NCBI GenBank assembly: GCA_964433975.1
Contig: CAYSSS010000003.1
Span: 1-51,520 of the forward strand
Direction: 5' to 3'
DNA from: an uncultured Planctomycetia bacterium
GTDB lineage: Bacteria > Omnitrophota > Gorgyraeia > 2-01-FULL-45-10
Length of the DNA: 51,520 nucleotides
Numbering within the stretch: the first letter of the stretch is position 1; every line of letters begins with the position of its first letter. Positions 44,196 through 51,520 of the stretch are shown here, in pieces. The position numbers and the translations under genes were made by a program. The notes under the pieces were generated by a model, which was not told where the DNA came from, searched no databases, and worked only from the letters and a program-made list of their open reading frames with translations.

Positions 44196-45312
44196 ATTCC
44201 ACCTCCCTGGAAGATCTTACGGTATCCTTGGTTTTTGAGGGTTTGCCGGCGATCTTCAGGAACTTTGTAAAGGCGCCATTGACTTCGTCGAATCCAGGGC
44301 TCACGGGATTATATTGGACGGATATGAACTTCAACCGCTTGCTCTCCATCTCTTCTATTGAGTTGTCGTTTACATTGCGCATTGAAACTGTCACATTCTT
44401 TTTTGATTTAACCGAACCCTCGTCTATCACATATGAGTGATTCTGGACCGTTATCTCTCCCTTAAAACTATCTTTAGATTTTATGGGATAATTTGATCCA
44501 TGATGGCCGACCTTCATCTTGACGAGCTTAGCTCCGAGCGCCAGGCCTATGACCTCATGCCCGGTTGCCACGCCCATCATCGGTATCTTGCCGAGCAGTT
44601 CTTTTATGGTGAGAGCTACTTCACCGATCGCGGGATCGCTTTCCGGGCCATTAGATATTATCAGCCCGTCCGGTTTCAGGGCCAGGATCTCCTTGGCTTT
44701 GGTATTGTAAGGCAGGAGCGTTAGATTGCAGCCGAGCGTAACGAGTTGTTTTATAAAGCTGTTTTTCATGCCGAGGTCTAAGACGGCTATATTGGCGCCT
44801 GATGGCCTGCCTTTTATCTCGGTGGGACTCTTAACGGATATATCTTTTATGGCCTCGCGAGAGCGTTTCTTTTGACTTTTAAGCTTCTTCAACAGCTCAT
44901 CCGGGTTCGAATCCTTTGTGGAGACTATACCGAGCATCTCGCCTTTATCTCTTATCGTTATGGCAAGCGTTCTCGTATCTATGTCGCTTATGGTTATAAC
45001 ATCCTCTCTCTTAAGGAACTCTTCAAGTGGCCCTTCAGCCTGCCAGTTTGAATATATGCGTGAGGATTCCTTTATGATAAGGCCGGATATCCAGCACTTC
45101 TTTGATTCGTTGAACTTCTTCGCTACGCCGTAATTGCCTATTAAGGGATAGGTAAGCACGAGTATCTTCCCGGCATTGGTCGGGTCGGTCGCCATCTCCT
45201 GGTACCCGACAACGGCGGTATTAAGTACCACCTCGCCTATCTTCTCCCCTTCCGACCCCACGGAGATCCCCTCAAAAACACTGCCGTCTTCCAGCACCAG
45301 CTTTGCCTTCAT
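44182..45312 (-). CDS. carA: Carbamoyl-phosphate synthase small subunit
   Basis: 376 aa. [10 protein letters not shown] near the N-terminus. Class I GATase tail (GVATGHE variant, VQYNPV/HPE-like). Overlaps the carB start by 14 nt. Confidence 0.9.
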   Translation of the reverse strand: MKAKLVLEDGSVFEGISVGSEGEKIGEVVLNTAVVGYQEMATDPTNAGKILVLTYPLIGNYGVAKKFNESKKCWISGLIIKESSRIYSNWQAEGPLEEFLKREDVITISDIDTRTLAITIRDKGEMLGIVSTKDSNPDELLKKLKSQKKRSREAIKDISVKSPTEIKGRPSGANIAVLDLGMKNSFIKQLVTLGCNLTLLPYNTKAKEILALKPDGLIISNGPESDPAIGEVALTIKELLGKIPMMGVATGHEVIGLALGAKLVKMKVGHHGSNYPIKSKDSFKGEITVQNHSYVIDEGSVKSKKNVTVSMRNVNDNSIEEMESKRLKFISVQYNPVSPGFDEVNGAFTKFLKIAGKPSKTKDTVRSSREVEYAKA

Positions 45313-45479
45313 ATCACTCTCCCTTTAAATAAATATAGCCAGCGAAGACGACAGTCCCCCTGGCCACAATTTTTACGTTGCTCAACATGCTACTTGCTAT
45401 ATCTTTTTGCTGCTCCTCTGCGATAGGCATCCATATTTTCCATATCAGACTATGATTTTAGCATGCCTGACTGAGTATG

Positions 45480-47003
45480 TCAAGTTACAAAGAGATTGCG
45501 GGAGGAGAATTTGCCATCGGTAGTGAGGTTAAGTCCAAGCATCTTTAGCCCCACCTCATCTCCAGGTGAAGGTATATGAGTTATATGCATTTCGCAGCCT
45601 TTTAATTCGACCAACTTTTTCATGGCGATCTCGGCCGTATGATTGGCAGAAGCGCTTATTGAGAGCGCTATAAGCGTCTCTTCCAGGTCAAGGCTCTCAG
45701 GATCTCCCTTAAGGATATCTTCTCTCAGCTTAGAGATCTGGTTTATTATCTGAGGCGAGAGCAGCAAGATCTCATCTGGAATATTCGCTAGGACCTTTAT
45801 GGCGTTCAGGATCAGGCTTGATGAAGCGTTCATCAAAGCGCAGTTCTTCCCCGTTATCAAGCGGCCATCCTTTAATTCTAGCGCGGCTCCGCAGTAGATG
45901 CCGGCGAAACCTTTGCCGTTCTTCTCGGCGTCTTCGGCCGCCTTTCTAGAGACCTCTACCACTTTTCTATCCGTAACTTTTACACTCATGCCCTCCATTA
46001 ACATAGATGCCCTGTCAACGGTCTCCCTCTTTTCTATGCCCAGTACATACTCGGCATTGTACCTGAAGTATCTTCTTATCAACTCCTGCTTAGCCGCCTC
46101 CTGGACCACGGCATCGTTAACTATTCCGAAGCCTGCCCTGTTGACTCCCATATCCGTCGGAGAATTGTACGTGGGCAGATTCGCATCTTTTTTCAATATC
46201 CTGGTAAGAATAAGCTTTAATATTGGGAAACTCTCCACGTCACGGTTGTAGTTTATGGCCGCCTCTTTATACTGCGCCAGGTGAAACGGGTCCACGAGAT
46301 TAAAGTCCTGTATATCCGCTGTGGCCGCCTCATACGCAACATTGACGGGGTGCTTTAACAGCAGGTTCCATATCGGGAACGTTTCGAATTTGGCGTACCC
46401 GGAGTTAACGCCGCGTTTGTGATCATGGTACAGCTGTGAAAGGCATATCGAAAGCTTCCCGCTGTTGGGGCCCGGAGCCGTAACTACTACTATAGGCTTA
46501 CTCGTCTCGATGTACTCATTTTTGCCGAATCCGCCTTCGCTTACCACGAGGTCTATATCGGAGGGATATTTTTCTATGGGGTAATGCAGATAGACCTTTA
46601 CGCCTCTGCGCTCGAGCTTATTTTTAAATATGACGGCGGAAGGCTGATTCGCGAAACGGGTTATAGTAACGGCGAGTATGTCGAGCCCCCATTTTCTTAA
46701 GTCATCGATCAACTTGAATGTCGCGGCATCGTATGTTATGCCGAAGTCGCCTCGCACCCTTCCGCTCTCTATGTCGCCCGCATATATACCGAGTACTATA
46801 TCGATCTTATCCTTGAGTGACTGGAGCAGCCTTATTTTGACGTTGGGATCGTATCCGGGCAGGACCCTTGCGGCGTGGTAATCAAAACATAGTTTGCCAC
46901 CGAACTCCAGATACATCTTATTGTCAAATTTTTTGACTCGATTAAGAATAGCCGCCGTCTGTTCTTTTAAATACTTTTCGTTATCGAAACCGGTCTTTCT
47001 CAT
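45480..47003 (-). CDS. DUF1846 (UPF0371) family protein
   Basis: MRKTGFDNEKYLKEQTAAILNRV... is the family-typical N-terminus. AGGAGA RBS before ATG 47003, which is preferred over the 47075 start overlapping the upstream gene. Confidence 0.8.
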   Translation of the reverse strand: MRKTGFDNEKYLKEQTAAILNRVKKFDNKMYLEFGGKLCFDYHAARVLPGYDPNVKIRLLQSLKDKIDIVLGIYAGDIESGRVRGDFGITYDAATFKLIDDLRKWGLDILAVTITRFANQPSAVIFKNKLERRGVKVYLHYPIEKYPSDIDLVVSEGGFGKNEYIETSKPIVVVTAPGPNSGKLSICLSQLYHDHKRGVNSGYAKFETFPIWNLLLKHPVNVAYEAATADIQDFNLVDPFHLAQYKEAAINYNRDVESFPILKLILTRILKKDANLPTYNSPTDMGVNRAGFGIVNDAVVQEAAKQELIRRYFRYNAEYVLGIEKRETVDRASMLMEGMSVKVTDRKVVEVSRKAAEDAEKNGKGFAGIYCGAALELKDGRLITGKNCALMNASSSLILNAIKVLANIPDEILLLSPQIINQISKLREDILKGDPESLDLEETLIALSISASANHTAEIAMKKLVELKGCEMHITHIPSPGDEVGLKMLGLNLTTDGKFSSRNLFVT

Positions 47004-47005
47004 CT

Positions 47006-47380
47006 CTATTCTCCTGATATGAACTTGCGGAAATCTGCCATCGCCTGCCTGAATGTCTCCTGGTTGGACTGCCAATCCTTGTATTTAGGCGTCTCTGTGA
47101 CCCATTCTTCGAATAACGCCCACCTGAGTTTGGCGGCATCGGCCTGTTCTGCAGATAGCCCGAGATTACCCTTTATTACCGGCTGCATGCTTGGAAGGTT
47201 GGCCTTACCCCTGTAATTACTTATGGGAGTTACTTTGCCGGTAAGCATATTATACTTCGAGGGGATCTTCATTCCCGCTATCTCGTAATTAACGACCCGC
47301 GTGAATATCGATTTATATGACGTTACGATAAGGGCAACGACGGCTATTATTATGACCGCCGGGATAAAGATCTTCTTCAT
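47006..47380 (-). CDS. Small membrane-anchored protein of unknown function
   Basis: 124 aa. N-terminal anchor MKKIFIPAVIIIAVVALIV. Tightly packed with its neighbours. Confidence 0.55.
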   Translation of the reverse strand: MKKIFIPAVIIIAVVALIVTSYKSIFTRVVNYEIAGMKIPSKYNMLTGKVTPISNYRGKANLPSMQPVIKGNLGLSAEQADAAKLRWALFEEWVTETPKYKDWQSNQETFRQAMADFRKFISGE

Positions 47381-47395
47381 GCGCTCCTCCTCTGA

Positions 47396-48139
47396 CTAAT
47401 TTTGGAACTCCATTTTATACAAACTATCGTTGGTGCCGGTAACCCACAGGTATCTTCCCTCCCAGGCTATCCCTGTAGTTTTTCGGGCCGGGGACTTTAT
47501 ATATCCTGTTATCTCCAATTTTTCTATGTCTATCCTGTATATGCGTCTGGCATACCAGCAGCTGACCCACATATCTTTACCGTCCCATGCCAGATGCGCC
47601 GGCTCAAGGATCCTGCCGATCTCCGCTGTGCTTAAGATATTCATATCGGCATCCATCTTAAGAAGATGGAATTTGGTTCCCGTAAGAGACCGTGTCCATG
47701 TCACTATAAATAGGTTAGAGCCGGTCCATGCCGCACCAGCCGGGTGCGCCGGCTCCACGGACTTCTGCGCCAGCGCGTACATGTTATCACCCTCTATCTC
47801 CGCTGTATATACTTTTTTTGCGTCCCAGTCGGTTACAAAGAAGATCGCCTCATCTCTCGGGGTTATTGCCTCCGTGAAGGAGCCCGCCGGTACTATCTTC
47901 CTGATTATCTCCTTGGAGAGCGTGTCCACGACCCACGTATCGCCCTTCTTCCCATTACAAACCCATATATCTTTTCCGTCGGAATAAAGCCCTTCATGGT
48001 ACCATTTTGGTATCTTTATCTTTGCGACCGCCTTAGCCTTTATCCGGTGGTAGTCCTTGGACAGTGTAAAGCCCGAAAGCGCAAATACCATGATAACCAG
48101 CAGGATAAACTTAAAAGCTCTCAAGAGATCTATCCCCAA
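47396..48139 (-). CDS. Secreted beta-propeller protein, glutamine cyclotransferase-like
   Basis: Signal anchor. YHEGLYSDGKDIWVCNGKKGDTWVVD and LAWDGKDMWVSCWYARRIYRIDIEKLEITGYI resemble QC-family blades. Weak, pattern-level evidence only. Confidence 0.4.
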   Translation of the reverse strand: MGIDLLRAFKFILLVIMVFALSGFTLSKDYHRIKAKAVAKIKIPKWYHEGLYSDGKDIWVCNGKKGDTWVVDTLSKEIIRKIVPAGSFTEAITPRDEAIFFVTDWDAKKVYTAEIEGDNMYALAQKSVEPAHPAGAAWTGSNLFIVTWTRSLTGTKFHLLKMDADMNILSTAEIGRILEPAHLAWDGKDMWVSCWYARRIYRIDIEKLEITGYIKSPARKTTGIAWEGRYLWVTGTNDSLYKMEFQN

Positions 48140-48143
48140 TATG

Positions 48144-48833
48144 TTAGAATTTGTAATATGCTCCCGCGCTTAAGGAAGTTTCGTCTATGAAATGGCCTTC
48201 AACGCTTATGTATGTATTCAGAGTCATCTTTATATCGCAGCCGATCACCGCGCCTCCATAATATCTTGGCGAGCGGTTCTTCCTGTCTATATCATTCGTC
48301 TTCTGTATCAGGTTTCCGTACGACACTTTACCGCCCGCGAAAGGAGTAAAGATCCCTATGTCTTTTGAAGAGACCAAAGATACCTGCCAGTCTTCATAGA
48401 TCGCCATGCGTTTATCGCCGTTCACATATCTATTGGCCGGGTGGGTGCTCGTATGCTGGAAGCCGGTTACGACACGCACCTTATTTGCCGCATCATCAAT
48501 AACTCTCAATCTGAATCCATAACCTCCGGCAAAGCCGTTGCTATGCTGGACCGTAGGGTGCACTCCGCCTTTCTCTCTTACATTGCCGAACCCTATCTTT
48601 CCGTCCAGCGTAAGCCAGTTGAATACTCCGTAAGAGAGCGTATAATAGTTCTGGAAGCTTCGGACGTTTCCGTAGGATTTGACGAGATCGTGCTTGAATA
48701 TGCTGTTATTTTGATAGCCGGTTATATACCCGCCTTTGTATGGTATATTTGTGCCATCAGTGGGTGCCGCGAAGAGAGAGTATGCGGTGAAGAGGATAGC
48801 TGCTATTAAACCATATACCTTTATATTCCGCAT
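48144..48833 (-). CDS. Outer-membrane beta-barrel protein
   Basis: Signal peptide (..YSLFA/AP). Alternating beta-strand pattern and a C-terminal aromatic signature ..GAYYKF. Confidence 0.6.
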   Translation of the reverse strand: MRNIKVYGLIAAILFTAYSLFAAPTDGTNIPYKGGYITGYQNNSIFKHDLVKSYGNVRSFQNYYTLSYGVFNWLTLDGKIGFGNVREKGGVHPTVQHSNGFAGGYGFRLRVIDDAANKVRVVTGFQHTSTHPANRYVNGDKRMAIYEDWQVSLVSSKDIGIFTPFAGGKVSYGNLIQKTNDIDRKNRSPRYYGGAVIGCDIKMTLNTYISVEGHFIDETSLSAGAYYKF

Positions 48834-48923
48834 ATGGAGCTGTATTCTACTACATTGTTTATCATAAGTCGAGTAATAATACGGTGTGTGCGCTCTCTTT
48901 TCATGTTTTGTGCTTAAATTTTA

Positions 48924-50285
<1,362 letters not shown>

Positions 50286-50311
50286 TTAACTTTATTATCA
50301 AAAATCAACTC

Positions 50312-50345
50312 AAAATAAAAAAGAAGTCCCGGTCTTTCCAGGGAC
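50312..50345 (-). terminator. Rho-independent terminator after the gltD-like gene
   Basis: On the - strand: GTCCCTGGAAAGACCGGGAC followed by TTCTTTTTTATTTT. Confidence 0.65.
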
Positions 50346-50399
50346 ATCTTTGTCCTTAACATATTCAGATTATAGCTGTTTGACGCTCTTTTGTCAAGA

Positions 50400-51520
50400 C
50401 TATTTTGCTTTGAGCTGCTCCAATATACCTAAAGCCGCTTTCTTCGCCATGCCCATAGCCTCTATGACGGTGCCCTCTCCCCCGACGATATCTCCGCCGG
50501 CGTAAACTCCCTTTATGGAAGTTTCCATAGTTTCTTTATTGACTATCAGGTCTCCGTATTTATCCGTCTTTAATTCCGGCGTTACGCTGATGAGTATCTG
50601 GTTGGCCTTCAATCCGACCGCTATAACAGCTATGTCGCAGTCTATGTCGAATTCGCTTCCCTCGATCGGCACGGGACGTCTCCGTCCTGAGCTGTCGGGC
50701 TTTCCGAGCTTGCATTCTAGGCATCTCATCTTCTTGACAAATCCGTCATCATCCCCTAAGAATTCCACGGGCTGCATGAGAAATTTAAACTTAATCCCCT
50801 CTTCCCTGGCATGCTCAATTTCGAGCCTGCGCGCGGGCATCTCCACTTCGGTTCTCCTATATATGATGGTTGTATCAGAAGCTTGCATGGTCATGTTCTG
50901 AAGCCGTAGAGCCGCCCTTGCGGCATCCATCGCGGTATTGCCGCCTCCTATAACAAGGACCCTCTTACCTATGTTAACGGGGGTATGGTATTCCGGGAAT
51001 TTGTACGCGGACATAAGATTTATTCTCGTTAGAAATTCGTTTGCGGAATATATATTGCAGAGGTTCTCACCGGGTATCCCGAGGAACGACGGTATCCCCG
51101 CGCCAAGGCCCAGGAATACCGCGCAGAAGCCTTCGGACAGGAGCTCATCGAGCGTCTTTGTCCTGCCTATGATGAAGTTTCCGACAAACTCAACACCTAT
51201 TCTTTTTAGATAGTCGATCTCAAAGTCCAGTATGTCTCTTGGCATCCTGAACGGCGGAATGCCGTACCTCAAGACCCCTCCGGGCTTCTGAAGAGCCTCA
51301 AATATGGTAACCTTTACACCGTACCTCGCAAGTTCTCCCGCACAGCATAATCCCGCAGGACCGGAGCCGACTATCGCGACCTTATATCCGGAAAGCGTTT
51401 TGTCAGAAGCTTTTGGCATTTCTACCTTATTATTCATGCCGTAATCGCCGGTAAAGCGTTCCAGAAAATGTATATTTATCGCTTCTTTGGATGCGAAGAC
51501 GGATCCCTTCTTGGTGAGGA
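50400..51520 (-). CDS. Glutamate synthase small-chain-like NADPH oxidoreductase (GltD/NfnB/SudA family); 5' end lies outside the window
   Basis: VAIVGSGPAGL, VIGGGNTAMD and YAGGD motifs. The frame stays open upstream of ATG 51437 to the window edge (..LERFTGDYG..), so the N-terminal Fe-S domain is cut off. Confidence 0.85.
   Translation of the reverse strand, partial: LTKKGSVFASKEAINIHFLERFTGDYGMNNKVEMPKASDKTLSGYKVAIVGSGPAGLCCAGELARYGVKVTIFEALQKPGGVLRYGIPPFRMPRDILDFEIDYLKRIGVEFVGNFIIGRTKTLDELLSEGFCAVFLGLGAGIPSFLGIPGENLCNIYSANEFLTRINLMSAYKFPEYHTPVNIGKRVLVIGGGNTAMDAARAALRLQNMTMQASDTTIIYRRTEVEMPARRLEIEHAREEGIKFKFLMQPVEFLGDDDGFVKKMRCLECKLGKPDSSGRRRPVPIEGSEFDIDCDIAVIAVGLKANQILISVTPELKTDKYGDLIVNKETMETSIKGVYAGGDIVGGEGTVIEAMGMAKKAALGILEQLKAK

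Noticed and set aside
44903-44914. GGGTTCGAATCC, a perfect tRNA T-arm-like motif
   Set aside because: It lies inside carA on the coding strand's complement and has no acceptor, D or anticodon stems around it. I found no tRNA anywhere in the window.

Overview
This 51.5-kb window comes from an uncultivated-looking bacterium. GC is roughly 40-45% by eye. The gene content and short palindromic repeats suggest a candidate phylum such as Omnitrophota, but that is only a guess.

Layout:
- Bases 1-20.8 kb (+ strand) form one large accessory locus. It starts with exopolysaccharide (EPS) biosynthesis genes: a CapK-like ligase fragment, three GT4 and one GT2 glycosyltransferases, a hexapeptide acetyltransferase, two uncharacterised proteins and an XrtA-type polysaccharide deacetylase.
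- These run directly into a compact exosortase system: a 280-aa exosortase, a separate EpsI, a priming sugar transferase and five tandem PEP-CTERM substrate genes.
- Next comes a regulatory block: a membrane protein, a TPR protein, a 94-aa DHp-like protein lacking the phospho-acceptor His, an NtrC-type sigma-54 activator with a degenerate receiver, and a PocR-like/GAF sensor.
- 20.8-23.5 kb (- strand) is a minor-pseudopilin operon.
- 23.5-25.2 kb is a small AT-rich island: a DUF134 regulator, a free-standing double-motif LAGLIDADG endonuclease with an N-terminal HTH, and a coupled HTH gene.
- 25.3-51.5 kb is mostly - strand housekeeping: PiT/DUF47, TMEM175, glgC, a TIGR01212 radical SAM gene, mnmG, a LOG protein, a ParA fused to a CBM48 glycogen-binding domain, purL-guaA-purF-carB-carA, DUF1846, envelope hypotheticals, gdhA and a gltD-like gene.

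I recognised no rRNA, tRNA, CRISPR array, transposase or integrase.

Most notable observations:
1. The priming sugar transferase starts with a PEP-CTERM-like module (MPEPTTIALVSTGFVGFITQYARRHF). It is preceded in the same frame by a 38-codon ORF with a strong RBS, separated by a single TAA.
2. A near-consensus sigma-54 promoter with upstream TTGTC repeats precedes that operon.
3. The regulatory module looks like a taken-apart two-component system with no kinase ATPase domain.
4. ParA is fused to CBM48.
5. A hairpin repeat family (GATTGCTTCG..stem-loop..CTCGCAATGAC) has five same-orientation copies, four of them translated as C-terminal tails.
6. A 45-bp palindromic element is flanked by a 10-bp direct repeat, as a MITE would be.
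7. A nearly perfect 354-bp tandem duplication sits inside one PEP-CTERM gene.
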